From: Tricharina praecox
Lineage: Eukaryota
NCBI RefSeq assembly: GCF_024521635.1
Contig: NW_026250436.1
Span: forward strand, 124,001 to 188,000
Direction: 5' to 3'
DNA: 64,000 nt
Positions 13,186-27,365 of the stretch are shown here, piece after piece. The notes beneath the pieces are model-generated. The model was given only the letters and a program-made list of their open reading frames with translations, was not told the DNA's origin and searched no databases. Made by a program: the position numbers and the translations under genes. The first letter of the stretch is position 1, and each line of letters opens with the position of its first letter.

Positions 13186-16100
13186 GCAGGAGATGGAAGG
13201 CTGGCCGCTGGTCGCTGGAGTTGGCCGAGGCCCAGACTATCGCTAACTGCCCGGTGCAAGGTATGTACCCAAGTAACTACCGGGAGGTATGTAGCTGAAC
13301 GCGCGCAAAGCGGGTTTCAGCGGTCCTGGTCCCGGTCCACGGTTTCTTCATTCGACTGAACCCCAGACTCCCGGACTTCCAGGCTCCCAGGCTCCCAGAG
13401 CGGTAGACAAGGCTGCACTTCTCCCTTTACTTCACTTCCCCTCCCTTCACTAGAGTAATCACCCCCGCCCCGGAGATGCCTGCATGCGGAAGTCAACGGC
13501 ACGGCACAGACGATTACAAGTTACAACGGTCGACGGTCGGCGGTTTCTTTGTTCGGTGGGATTCGGGGATCTAGAACTTTCGGATTATTTGTGCTTATGT
13601 ACTTCTGTGTGGTACTTGTGTATGTAAGCTGCGTGGAGAAGCCCGAAGAAAGGCGTGCAGACCTCAGCCTCGGGTTATCGGTGCCGTATCTTACAGGGAC
13701 GTATCATATACGAGCACCTGCGCACCTGGGTAGGTATGTTACTAGTAGGTACGTACGTTTGCGGCCAGTGAAGCCTTTAATCTTGGTTGCGGAATAGGGC
13801 GTCGGTTTGTGGTATGTTCTTGAAGTTTCTGAGTAAGTAACTACCTACTACCGTACAACGTCAGCTGTCAATGACGGCAATGACGGCAGCTACCATCATA
13901 GGCAGCCCAAGTTATCCCACTCGTTATCGCGGAATCTCGAGAATCTCGACAATCTGGAGAATCTCGTGAATCTCTCCATCGCAGCCCTAAGTTCTCCGGA
14001 TTTCGGAACGACGTTGCTACTACCTATACCATACCTACGTACGCACCGACTCCATTGCTTGCGTCCAGAAACACGAGTGACATCGCGTGCACTCCCTTAC
14101 CCCCCTACCCGCCCCTACTACCTACCCGCACATCCGCTATCCGGCGTCTCCCCACCGTGCGCCTCGTGTAGTGCGCATACTCGGCCCCCCTTCCAATCCC
14201 ATTCAGCCGTATTTGGTTACTAGCATATGAGCAGCCCTGGGCAGCCCCGAGCAGCCCTGACCACTGAGCAGCCCCGAGCAGCCCTGAGCAGTGAGCAGTG
14301 AGCAAGTGCGGAGTACGCAATCGGTAGCCGGCACTCCACTCTAAACAATGGCTCCACCCTACCGTAGTTAAACAAAGGCTCCACCATATGTAACAAACAG
14401 AAGGCTCCTGGCTCCACTCCACTCTTCCACTCTTCCCTCCACTTCCCCCCTCTCCACCCCCAGCGCCACTGCCCACCCCCCCCTGCAAATCCTCCACATC
14501 CCAGTAGCCTCCCTTCCTTCGGAAATCATCGCGCATCGTAAATTCATAGCTTTGTGGCTTCATAGCTTCACGTCTAGACAGCTTGCGGAACAGTGGCGGC
14601 GTCGAGCTCCCATGGCTCCCATGATGGCTTCCAAGGCTCCAGCCAGTAGTTAACCACGGTTGACCTCCCCCCCCTTCCCCCTCCACCTCTCCCCTCCCCC
14701 CTCCCCCCTCCCCCACCCACAGCTACATAGAGTAGAGCGGAGCTAGAGTAAGTACTGGTACCTGCTCCGGCCACCAACTGTACCTAGGCTAAAGTGAAGC
14801 GAAGCGAGCCCCCCTCCCCACCAGCACAAGCTGCGAATCAAATGCGTGAAACATTTGCTGCTAGCTGTGTTGGCTAGTCAGGGGACTCACTCGTGAGACT
14901 CATGGGGGCGGGAGGTTTGCGTGTGTGCGTGTGCTTCGGCTCCGGGCCGGTAGGGAAACGGTGGGAGAGGAGTTTCATTGCATTCCATTCATTCCATTCT
15001 ACTATTGCAGGGTATATTGTGTAGAGTACCAGTAGAGACACAGGTGTTCTTTTGTTCTTTTGTTTTTTGGGAGTGCTCCTCAGAGTAGAGTACGGTCGTT
15101 AGGGGAAATAACGGCTTCCCTCCGTCGTCGTCGTCGGATTGATGGGTGTTTTTTCTTTTGCACACGGACTCACGCAGTCACGGAGTCACGGAGCCCTTCT
15201 GGAGAAAAGCCACAACTGCCACAACTTCCCCAACTTGTCGACTGCCCGACTACCTGATTGCCCGATTGCCCGACTGCCCGACTGCCCGACTGCCCCAAGT
15301 TCCAAGTTCCAACTGCCCGACCGCCCGAAATACGCCTGCTCTCCTAATAGTAACTATTGGTCACGACTCGCGATCCGGAGGCGCGACTACTCTGCTCCTA
15401 CTACTAGCAGTACTCTACGCGCCGACCGCGCGCACTTCCACTGCCAGAGTGGAGCCGATATGAGCCGATATGAGCGAGCGAGCGGAAACAAAACGAAACG
15501 AAAGGTACCCCATACCTAACTACGGTAAGTACTCTAGGTATGCGTTGACTGAGCGAGATGATATTCTCGTGTTCGCGCTTTTGAGGCCTGACACTAGAAG
15601 ATGCCAAGTACATAGTAGTGGGTGACTGAGGACTCGGTGGGGCTTTCGACGACCGGATGCTTTTGTTTTTTCGTTGTAGATACCTATGCACCGTAAGCAC
15701 CGAAGTACTCTACTCGACGCTGCTATACTCTGCTTTTCTGCTATGGCCATCGTACGATACGATATGATACCGTCGGCCGGCCGGTCGGTCGGTCGGTCGG
15801 GAGGTGATCGAGGTTTGAGTGGAGCATCGGTATGTATGCGTTAATGCGATGCGATGCGATTCGGTGGGCGTACGGTAAACATCTACATGTTTGCAGTCCG
15901 GCCACCAGCCACCGGGGACTGAGGAACAAACCGGAGCTTACCTTACAGCACTCACCTTCATCGCCGAGTACTACTCTATTCAAGTAAACAGTTACCACCG
16001 ACCACCGCGGCATCGTGTTTGGTTTCTGTTTCTGTTTCTGTTTCGCTTTCGCTTTCACGCAAGCTTCCAGACGTCTTCCAGGCGTCTTCCAGAAGGAATT

Positions 16101-18997
16101 CCACTATTCCACTGTACTCCACTATTCCACTGCACACCAAACACCAAACACCAAACGGCTCCCCCTCCCCCTCCCCCGGTTGCGCCAGTTGCGCCAGGTT
16201 GCGCCACGATCATGGTGTGACCGCTAGCTAAAAGCCGGTGGGTTGGTGGGATAGTAGCTCGCAACCAATCAGAGGTGACTACTGGGTATGTAGTACGGTA
16301 GGTGGGTGGTGCGCGATGCATGAACTGTCTCACCTCTCACTTCTCACCTCATGCTGGCACTGGCAGTGGGTTGGTTACTGATGAGGAGGAGAGACCAAAA
16401 AAAGAAATGTGTGGCTGTGGCTTGTGCACTGCAGTCACCAGTGTGAGGAAGGAAGGAAGGCATCACGGTGGCCGGTCGTCGGGGGCTCTCGGGATGAACA
16501 GTACTGGAGGAGCAGGAGCCACTGCCACCTCGACACTGTCAGCTCGAGTGTTGAGTTGAGTTGAGCTGTGTTATGCCCGACCTGCCACAGCACAGCATTG
16601 AGTTGGCGCCCGCCCGCGTGCCCAGTGCCTGCTCAACCGAGTCAGCGAGTCAGCGAGTGAGTGATGCCCACCCCGCCTGCGCGCGGCCCGGAATGCCTTA
16701 TGTAACCTCAGCATGCGTCCTTCCCCAGCACCTTCTAGCTGCCGCTCCCACGCTCGTTCCCACGCTCGTTCCTTCGCTCGCTCATCCGTCCGCCAGTCCG
16801 CCAGCCCATCAATCCGTCCGCCCACCAATCCATCAATCCATCAATCCGTCCGTCCGACCATATGTATTAGTTATGCTGATCCCAGCTGCTACTCTCCTCG
16901 ACTACTCTCCTCGACTACTCTACATCCAGCACTGGTACCTACTAGCACGTCCGGAGTCGCTTACCGGAGACCGAGACTATGGTTGTGGGAAATAATCCAA
17001 GGAGGACAGTCCCGGGACGGACTAGGCGGGGATGGGGGCGGATGGTTAGTTCAAGGGAGGGTGGAGGGAGGGAACGAGGGTCGAGGGAGGGATGAACAGG
17101 TAGGGAGGGAGAGGGGGGGGGGGGGGGGGGGAGGGCCGCGGGCTTGCTGGATAAATTTCCTTCCTTCCTTCACCCGGTGCGAGAAGATGTGGAGCGGTTA
17201 CAGCGCGATTTCAGGTATGGATAGGATAATGCAATGGATGGCCCATGGGTGGGTTTTGCGTGAGAGAGAGTGAAAGTGGTGGGATCATGGGATGGATAGA
17301 TACGTGGATACTGGGTACCTTGGTGGCCTCAAGTTATGGAGAGCATGATCCGCCTGAAGAACTGCCTGCTGAAAGAGCGACCGCGCGATGTCACGCCGGC
17401 CCGCACCCGTAGGTACGTCGTTGACCGACCGACGGCGCGGACATGTCTGGCGAGGTAAGGTAAGGTGCGGTATGGTAAGCGCGACCGGCGGACGGCGATC
17501 ATGCAACGCCCAGCGCCCAGCGGCCGTCACTTCGTTGGGCGAGCAGCGCGACGATCCGCTTGATTCCGCACGCAGGGCGCGGAAGGATGGATGGGTTGGG
17601 TGAAGCATTCCGTAACTTTGTAGATACTGTACTCTAGGGGACACTGCGACACGAGCTTTCATGCGAAAGATGCGACGATCCGCTCGCGGTGGAATCGGGA
17701 TGTAACACACACACTCACACACTCACACACTCACACACTCACACACTCACACACTCACACACACGCACACTCACACAACACATGGCAGCGTGCATCCGTA
17801 CATCACTGGCGGGCAAGGGCTCGCGTGGCCAGAAAGAGAGGAGAGGAGAAGCGAGGATTCGGGGGAAGGGGGGGGCGAGGGGGGGCGGTTTCAGACCGCA
17901 TGTGGAACTTGGGAGGAAAGGGAGGAAAGGGAGGTTCCGCTGTGTTCTGTGTTCTGTTCGGTATTCTAGGTGTGGGGACTTTGCTAGGAATTCGACTGGG
18001 AGGGATGGAGGGAGGGAGGGCCCGAACATGCGGCACCGTCGGACGGGGCGGGCTGCAGAATCCAAGAGGGCGACTTGAAGAGGGAAGAGCGGGGGAACAA
18101 AGAGTGACGCTAGATTCCGGGGCTCATTCCTCAATCCTTGTCTGCCTGCCTGTTTCTAATATTGGGCGCGCGTTGCTGTGGGTTGCTGCTCAGTCACTGC
18201 TCACTGTTCAATGCTCACTGCTCACTGCTCTCTACTCTACCGTACTCAATGCTCATCCGCCGCAACATGCACTGCGCTCCCTTCCCAGCGGCTCGGGAAG
18301 GCATGCAAGGGACCCCCCTCTGTCTATCACCCTCTCTCCCCGTGATGTCGTCGTATGGATTTGGATCCAAGTGGGTGGTGCCGCACGGCGCAGTAAGGAA
18401 GCGTGGAAGGAAGGAAGCTGGGAGGGGGGTGGGCTCGGCTTGCGTTTATTCCCCTCTCATCTCCGCTTCGTCGGCGGAAATGGGCAACACGGAGAGATAG
18501 ATATAAGACATCGCCCGACGCCATCCTGAAGAATAAAAAAGAAGAAGCAGAATAAGAAGCAGCAGCAGATTCCTCACACACTCGACAGTACCCACAGCAC
18601 ACACACAGCTCCTACAGCACCCACAATACATAACCGCGACTGCAACGCAGCCTCACGATCGTTTCGATAAATCACCTGCTCATCTATATCTCGCGCCGTC
18701 TACCGCAACAAAACATCTGCATCGGAAGACAAGGAAGCAAGCTTCGGTTGAACGAGCAAGCAACATCATCCAAACCGTACTATCGGATATCGGGATCCCG
18801 ATCGTTCCTGCATACAAATCCCCCGTCGCCGTCCGTACAACTCGGCCTGCCAGCTATTTCCGACTCTTGATATATATCTCTCCATCTTGCCTACCTACTC
18901 GGCCTCCAACATACACACTCCTCCACGAAAGTCTCAAGCTCCTACAGCTCCAACTCCAACCACCACCACCCTCACAACCACAACCCCCACTTCCAAC

Positions 18998-19255
18998 ATG
19001 TGCATCCGCCTAATCGAGCGCTACGCAGTGTGCAAGTGCACATACCACGTGCACGGCGTAGACCCGTGCCAGTCAGTCGGGCAATACGGCCACAACATCC
19101 AAGACCGAACGGTGCTGGTCGGCTACGCCTGCACCCAGCACGTCGCCGCCTCCGGCTCGAATTCACACATGGTTTCCGGAGCTAGCACGTCGCCGCGCAT
19201 CGGCATCCTGCCGGACTCCTTGAGCTCTAGCTCGAGAGGCTCGTATTACCGGTAA
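18998..19255 (+). CDS. 85-aa Cys/His-rich small protein, putative metal-binding
   Basis: ATG in CAACATG context and C-ending codon bias. MCIRLIERYAVCKCTYHVHGVDPC..GH..RTVLVGYACTQH resembles an uncharacterised small-protein family I recall from filamentous ascomycetes. Confidence 0.8.
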   Translation: MCIRLIERYAVCKCTYHVHGVDPCQSVGQYGHNIQDRTVLVGYACTQHVAASGSNSHMVSGASTSPRIGILPDSLSSSSRGSYYR

Positions 19256-19361
19256 CTTCTACGGGAGCCGCTTCACGGGGTCGGATGGGTGTGCGGTGGA
19301 GTTACACCAACACCAACACCAATACACCGGCAACTCGCACTCGCACGCATACACCCTACCA

Positions 19362-19362
19362 C

Positions 19363-19427
<65 letters not shown>
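19362..19427. repeat. (CAA)n microsatellite
   Basis: About 22 units with one interruption, in the probable 3' UTR of the 85-aa gene. Confidence 0.95.
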
Positions 19428-19429
<2 letters not shown>

Positions 19430-21914
19430 CCTTTCGCGGATACCTACAGCACCCACATACTCTGCGCAGGAGTTTCTTCGGCGACTTTACTTTCCTTTCG
19501 GCTCGGCGAATTCACCAGCGACTTTTTCTCTCTCTTTTTTCTTCGCATATTTCGAGCAGGGGATTCTCGATCGGGTCTTGGTTTTCGGTTTTGTTTCGGG
19601 ACACGGAGTTTTCGGGTTTTTCGGTTCGGATGCTTGGATAGACGGATGGATAGATGGATAGACGGATGGATGGATGGATGGTTGGGATGTCGTAGACCGG
19701 CGGATAGAGGCATATCAAGGCGCATTACTATACAGGTCGTTAGGGATATTCTTTCGTTTTTGTTTTCTTTTTTGTTTGGTGTTTCTACCGGAGTGTGTGG
19801 TTTTTGGTTCGTTTGCTTTACGGTTTCGGCTCGGCTCTGGCAATGTGTTTTTGGGGGTGTTATTTTTACAGGTGTTTGTTTTGTTTGGACGGTGGAGTTA
19901 TTGTTTACGCGGGGATACATTATACTACATTCCTACTATCTACCGGTGCCTACGATTTCGCAAGGCTTAATGGCGTTCTGCAGATAGAGGAGTTGGTCGG
20001 GCAAGGGGAAGGGATGGGTACGGTACGGTACGGGTACCCAGTCGGTCAGTCAGTAATAATATCATACTCTACTCTACTCTACTCTACTCTGTCCAACGTC
20101 GTGATCTACCAGTATAGCAAAGTTCAAACACAGATGACGGTTTCACCGGCCCGTGGATGAGCATAGTGATTCGAATTTCGGGCATTCAATCATCGCTTAC
20201 ATTACTACATATCCAAATATGTGTATAATTTACAGCCACGACACCGGACTCCCGTCGACTCAAAATGAGCAATCGCGGATGATCATACGGCCGCGTTGAA
20301 AGGCAAATGGGACTCGGGAGCTTGGGAGGCCGAGTAGATGTAGTAGATGTAGATGTAGATGTGATCTGCGTGAGGGATACATACTTACGCACCTATACGA
20401 CCGATAGATGATGGCCCGAGGGCTTCCGATGGCCCTTTCTAGGACGTCTGACGGTTCGGTTGTATTGGAGCTCCAATGAGGTGGGCGGAGCACCTGTATA
20501 CAGAACTCGCCCTCCGTTGGAATCCTGATGGCTTCCGCCCGTCGAGCCAGTATCCGACTCGAGAACATCGTGAACCCAGTCAGCCAGAGTCGGCCGAGTG
20601 ATATCTATAGCATACATACCGTACCTACCTGGGTACCTGGGTAGCTAGAGCTGTCTACCGGCGTAGGAGTCAGGGTAGGTACCTGCCTTAGGTACCGTAG
20701 GTATTCGAGCTGCAGGTACCTACTCTACTCCAAGCTTCCCGTGGCCACAGATTGAAGACTTGGAGACTCGTCACTCAGTGTCTTTTCCATATATAGTATA
20801 TACCTGGTATCGTATCCCCCGATCACGATCCCCTCCTCCATCCTGTATGTAACATGCAACAAGTAGGTAACCGTAACAACGGCCCTCGCGAGTCGCCGTC
20901 ACGACGTATGTAACTATGCAAGCTGTTCCTGAAGATCATGGCGATCGTTCCCGTAGATCTGCTGAGTGCCTAGGCCCTAGGCTCCCCAAGTTCCCAACCG
21001 TCAACGAGCTTAATATGGAAACGTCGGGATCCTCAATCTCGAAGTCACCCCAGGGCCCATCTTCGCCCGCTGTATGTATGGATAGTATGTGCGCCTACAT
21101 ACCTACGCCTACAGATGGGTGGTATTGGTACTCTATTGTAAACGAGATGCCTCGGGAGTCGATGGAACCTAGGTAAGTAGGCTTTTTGTTTCTTATTTCT
21201 TTCCCTCCATCTCCATCTCCGTGCGGGTATGTACACTACATACTATACTTCCGACTCTGCGCCGAGTTGATTAACGCTGTCTCGCACATCACATCCGTCA
21301 ACGCGGGAAGGCGGGAAGGCGGGAACGAGTACGGCGCAACTATTGCCGAGCTATTTATTACTTGCCTATCTCTTGCACTGTGCACACGAGACGATGCGGA
21401 TGCTTTCATCTCGATCCATACATATTGCGTGGGGTTCGATCGATTGGTTGGTTAATTGAGCGATCGATTGATCGAGTCCTCGCCATTGTCGCCGTCGTCG
21501 TCACCGTTGTCGCCGTCATCGCCGTCGCCGCCGTTGCATCGCGTCGTTTCGGGCCAATCCCAGGAGCGTCCTCGGCTCTGCACCGTTGCGCCGCTGCGCG
21601 TCCTGTACGTACTCTATAGTACACACGGCAATCAGCCTCATACTTATCCACGTCGTCGCCGACTCGCCGCACATGCACAAGTAGAGCTCTTCCGCCCCAC
21701 GCACGCACGCCCCACGTCCCACGCCCCGCGTCCCTCACCCCACGTACGCCCCACGCCCACGCATCCCCCCACCATCCCCGCGCCTCGAATATCTCTGCCT
21801 CTGTCCCCTCTGCGCGCGCCGAAAAACCACCACGCGACACCCCACGAACCGTACCGGCGCTACTCTAGAGAGAGATAGCCTGCAGCTACGGGAGTCAGCT
21901 AGATAACAGCGACA

Positions 21915-24900
21915 ATGCCGCCGCCGCAGCAGGCCAGCGAAGAGTTCGAGGATGCGATGTCGGGGGTGAGCTCTTGCGCGCGCAGTGGTAGAGTAGAGTA
22001 ACCAGAGTAGAGTCGCTGACACCGCGCCGACAAGTAGAACGAAAAGCACAGCGCGCGAAATCCGGCGTGCGATCTGTGTCGCGAGAAGAAGGTACGGGAG
22101 TTGTCTTGACGGGCGCACCGACCCGCGAGGAAGTGGCCAACCGTGTGCAGGTACGATGCGGACGCGAGAAACCGCGCTGCCAGAACTGTATCGTCTGGAA
22201 GGCGGGCTGCACCTACTCCGAGCGGCAGAAGCGGGATAACGAAGCGTCGCGGAAGTATGACTCTGCTCCGACTTCTTTTTGGTGTTGGGTGGTGTACTGT
22301 ACTGTGGAAACAAAACTGACGCGCGGGCGTGGGGGCCACACAGCGCCCAACGTTTCGAGGAAGTCAATGAGCGCCTCGAGCGCATCGAGAATACCATGGC
22401 CCGACTGGTGACGGCGCTGGAGGCCGCGAACCTGCGCAGCCCTCCCGCGTCCACGTCCACGAGCCCGAGCTCTACCTCTGCCGTCGCCGCCCGGGCGCGC
22501 GCCAGAACGCGGTCGGTCGAGATGCCGTCGGCCCGGTCCAAGAACCAGCTGGTGGCGAATAAGCAGGGAGACATACAATACCTGGGGCCGTCGTCGCTAC
22601 TGTCGTTCACGAGCGAGGCCGAGACGCTGGTGGAAGAGAGGCTGAGGGCTAGCGGCGGCGAGTCGAACGGTACCGGGTCCAGGTCGGAACAGAGCGAGAC
22701 TATAGGCGCCCTGAGGAGACTCAGTGTCATCTCGTCGAAATCGGTCAACTTCTTTCCGCATTACGGTCACATGGAGCTGCGCACGGGCGCTGAGGGCGCG
22801 GTTATGGGCATGCCGCCGAGGGAGGAGACGGATATGCTGGTGGATGGTTCGTCTGTCAGTGGTTGTGGCGGTGGTGGTGGTTGTGGCTGGGTCGGCAACG
22901 GGGGCAATCGCTGAATCGCAGTCGTTTTGACAGAGTATTTCCGGAAGGTTCACCACTGGTTTCCGATATTCAACGAGGCCTCGTTCCGAAAAGACGTGGA
23001 AGATTTCTACAAGAATCCCGATGACCTGGGCAAGAACCGCGCATGGCAGACATGCTTCAACAACGTCCTGTTGTTCGGCCTGTTCAACCAACTCGCCAAG
23101 ATGCCACCCGAAGAGAAGCAGAAAAATGATCCCGATGGCAAGCGAGTCAGCACGTTCTTCTACAATGCGTGGTCGGCGATCGATGACCTGGAAGTTTTCC
23201 TTGGACCTCGGCTGCGAAACGTTCAGGCTCTTTTGGGTGCTGTGAGTATCCGTATCCTTTCGGCCCCCCGACCATGCAAGTCTCAGCGCTGAACCCCAAT
23301 CCAGACGGTGTGTGCTATCGAAGTCTCAAGACCAGGTACATCACCGTCCCGTGATTTGCCGCCGAGCGGAATAACCTGACTTGACTCCTTAGGTCTCTCC
23401 TGGTCACTGCTCTCGCAAGCGGCACGTACCGCTCAAGCGATCGGTCTTCATCGCAATAGCTGTGGATCGCAAATCTTGACAAAGGCGCAGCTTCAGGAGA
23501 GGAAATACGTGTTTTGGAATATCTATATCCTGGGTACTCCATTCTAACACCGAGCAAGTCCCCCGCCCCATGCTAACAGATGCAGATAAATGCTTATCCC
23601 TCTCCTTTGGACGTTCGACGTGTCTTCCCGATTATGACTGCGATGGTAATATCCGCCATCTCGTTCGGATGCCCAATGATGATGATGCACGCGGCTGACT
23701 TGTGCGCAGTTGACTTCCCCGAACCTGACGACCAGCAGCCAATCTTCAGGAACTTCCTCGCTCTAATCACGCTTGCAAAGATCCACTCACGGATATACGT
23801 GCGCCTGTACTCGGCTTCAGCCGCACGGCACTCGGAGCAAGAACGAGAAACTGCCATCAAAGAGCTGGATGCGGATCTCAAGGAGTGGTGGGAGGAATGG
23901 TCAAAGACATTTACACCCCACTCTCGCCAGGTTATCGACACGTTCGAGCACATCGAACTGCAATTCAGCTACTACAACTCGATGACGCTCGTACATCGTA
24001 TGGCTCGGCCGGGTATGCCCTCGTATGGTTGGAGCGACGAGCAATGCCTTGAAAGCGCACGTTGCGCCATTCAGATGATCAATAATATCGTGGCCGAGAG
24101 CTCGGAAATGGCGCAGAGCGGTATGCTGTTATGGTACGTTTACGACAGCTTTGATAGCCACAGCCCTTACTGATACGGATAGGCTGTTTCAATACTATCC
24201 CTTCACGTCCTTCTTCGTCCTCTTCTCCGCCATCATCCGCAACCCCTCGGCACCCACGAGTAGTAGCGTCGACTACCCACTCATGAAAGCCCTGGTCGCG
24301 TACCTCGGCCAGATGAAGTCCCGAAACGAGGGAGCCGCAAAGTTACTCACCATAGCATCGGCGTTCACTCATGTCGCTGGAACGTTCATCAAGAACTACT
24401 ACAAAATGACCAAGGGCAGCAACCGCCCAGCGCCGCAGCAGAAGCGTCGGAGGGAGGAGGCACCACTACCACCGGCCCCGGCCAACGAGGGGTGGTCAAA
24501 TGCCAGCGATCTCCGCGATGCCTCCAGTAGATATCCGGATTTCACGGGTGCAGGCTTCTACTCGCCCCTCTCGACACCCCTCCCCACATCCACATCCACG
24601 TCCCAGCCGCAGCAGCAGCAACCACACCCTCCCGACATCATCCCCGGCTCCATCAGCTCGCACTCCTCGACCACCACTCCGCTCTCAACAGACATCGACT
24701 TCGAAGTTCCCGCAGCGGACGTGCAAGCGGCGAACTTCCTTCGGTGGCCGGGGCACAATCACGCTAGTCAGGTCCCCATCTCCGACGACGTAGGTGACAG
24801 CGGCGGCAGCGGCAGCGGTAGCGGTAGCGGCGGAGTCATGGATCACGATGCGGCGGGCGCAACATCGACCGCGCCTGCGCCCATGGATTACGATATCGAC

Positions 24901-25029
24901 CTCGAAGCGCTCATGGCTGAGCCGGTAGGCTTCCAGATTCAGATGGAACAGGCGAGCTTGAGGGGCCCGCTCGAGTTTGATTGGTTCCGTGCCCTCGATA
25001 GTTGGGATGGGCATTGGCCGTCGTCGTAG
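21915..25029 (+). CDS. Zn2Cys6 (Gal4-type) transcription factor with fungal TF middle homology region, multi-exon
   Basis: Spliced zinc cluster ACDLCREKK|VRCGREKPRCQNCIVWKAGCTY. Also YLGPSS, YFRKVHHWFPI, AQAIGLHR, ERKYVFWNIYIL|DKCLSLSFGR and an acidic/aromatic C-terminal tail. About 9 GT-AG introns. Confidence 0.93.
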
Positions 25030-26439
25030 ACGGTGTGCACGGGCGCGGGCTAGAATTTGGTTTGGTTATGTGTATGTGTGTGTGTGGAGTGTATAATACT
25101 GTTGTGTTGTATGATGTATCCGGCTCGATTCTTCTCTCTGCTTCGACTATTTTCTCTTTTTTTTTTCTCGATCGAATGTGGTGCGGCTTTGGCTCCATCG
25201 GGGAATGAATATGATGTGGATGCGATTGAAGGTGCTTGTCGTAAGACTGCACTTAATTAGTTGTACTCGGTGATGAAGAGATCTCTTTCGCACCGATGCA
25301 CCGATGCTCCATTCGATGATTCGTATGGGAATCACTCGTGCGGATACATCAGATCAAATTCAGTGAAGTCAGAAAGTGGAATACGTATGAGATCAGCCAC
25401 AGCCAGCCACAGCCAAGGCTCAAACACCGTTACTCATGCGAGCCGAAGGCCCGACACATGAGCAAAAGCCGAGCGCAAACGGGAATACCGAGTAGAATTC
25501 CATGTCTAGATTCTGGAGGCTGGACGGGACGGCATGTCACGGCAAGACTGGAACGCGAGGCTACAGGCATCAACAACCGAGCGAGAAGCTCTCACCCTAC
25601 GGCCGCGACAGTAGTACTAGTGATAGACGTGCAGTCAAGTTGCCGTATGTCCACAGCGGCTCCTGGCAATGAGATTCGTAGTAGTTACTGGGAACAGAAT
25701 GCGCCAAAACCTCGGGGCCAATCACTCGTTCTTCGATGTCGGACGAGTGATGCGTGGTGCGTGATGCCACAAACGTTGGTTGATCACTCGTGGCGTGCAA
25801 TTATCTTCGAGGTCACTCACTCTCTGAGCACTTCAACTCGAACTTTCGACGACTCAGTTCCAAGAATATCAATCAACCCTAATCTTGGCATTCAGCTTGA
25901 TCTACACACCCCACCACCTCACGATCCCCATCAGCTAACCTCGAAACTTCACTTTCGCTCCTCCATCCCTCCACCATCTTACAACGTCACCACACCCAAC
26001 ATTCAATCTCGATAACACATTGCCCCTCATCCACCCTTCTATCCACCCAAAAATCTGTCCACCATCCCACAACGTCACCACACCCAATAACGAATCTTGA
26101 CAACATATTTTACCTCCTCCGCTCCTCCACCTCTCCATCCCCTAACAATACCTCCACCATCCAACCACACCACCATCCCCAACAACCCCACGATAAGTCC
26201 ACGACATCACAAACGTCGCAAAAACCAGAAGCCGAATACGGCGAACATCACCAACAAAACACTGAAGCACCCAGCACCCAGCGTGTCGGACCGTACCGCC
26301 CTCGCGACTGTATCCGGCAACATAACCGTCGAGCAGCTCTTATGTGTCTCCCGCAAGGCTGCAACCGTAACGTTAGCAGCCACTGCAGGAAGCATTAAAC
26401 GCCGGCGAGGCGCTGATCACCTCCCTCGTGGAGTCGTGG

Positions 26440-27365
26440 GCCCTTCTCCGGCGGTGGACAGACAGTTCACGTACCGAGGAGGGGTCGGGTGCATGTGGCT
26501 ATGCTGTCGCATGGAAAAATAATGCCGGAGAATTAAAGGGACACAAAGTACATTTGGGATACAACCAGGAGGCCTACTATGCAGAATGTGCTGCGATTGT
26601 AAGGGCACTACGTGTTGGCAGTGAACGCCGGAAACAGCATCGAGTGTCGAGTGTCGAAAACTACAATTTTTTACGGATGCGCGGGCTGCAATTTAGACTC
26701 AAGAGGATGCAAACTCTGGAAGTCGGCTCCGCCGCCACGGGCAGATCTTCGCGCTTCAGGCTAGACGGATTCTGGTAGAAATCGACTGCAGTGTCCAGTC
26801 GAAATCCGGTGGACCGGTAGTGCCCGGCCCTGCCCATGGAGGAATTGAAGGAATTGAAGGCAATGGGATGGCAGATGAATGGGTGAAACTGGTTACTGGC
26901 GGCGGTTGAGCCCCACCCACCAGCATGGCGTGGAATGGCTTACCATTGGCAACCGCCCAAGGCGCATGCCACCTGTCTCGTTGGCCCATCTGCCCAGGCA
27001 GATTGCAGAGAAGAAGTGGAAGGCAGCAAGTGATTGGACGTATTCACGGATAACCAACCCAATTTAAAATGTCAACTTCTGGAGGTCACCGACGTGAGAA
27101 GAAGGGCTAGGGAGAAAAACTGGAAGGGGAAGGAGATGAGTCTGCTTCTGAGGAGGAAGACATATAAAAAGTTAAAACTGGGAGAAGGAGGATGTGGGAG
27201 GAGTCGAGGAGGATGGTGCAGTGGGGGTGAGTGATATCCATCGATCAAGCCAGTAGGGTAATAGGGAGAGCCGCATAGCTAGACTCGCGGACGGAGTAGG
27301 GTTGGTTGTGTAGTTGGTGTTCGTTGTAGTCTACAAAGGCTCATATGTAGATGCGAAATAAAATC
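26440..27365 (+). mobile_element. Degraded Tad/LINE retrotransposon fragment (RNase H domain to 3' end)
   Basis: WTDSSR..GYAVAW..HLGYNQEAYYAECAAIVRAL, then frameshifted CPAHGGIEGIEGNGMADEWVK, SLAHL..IAEKKW and LEVTDVRRR, which are RNase H and downstream LINE motifs. Contains frameshifts and ends in ATGCGAAATAAAA. Confidence 0.85.

Noticed and set aside
19289..19987. 232-aa ORF with poly-Asn
   Set aside because: It arises from the (CAA)n microsatellite and T-rich 3' UTR, and has a non-ATG start.
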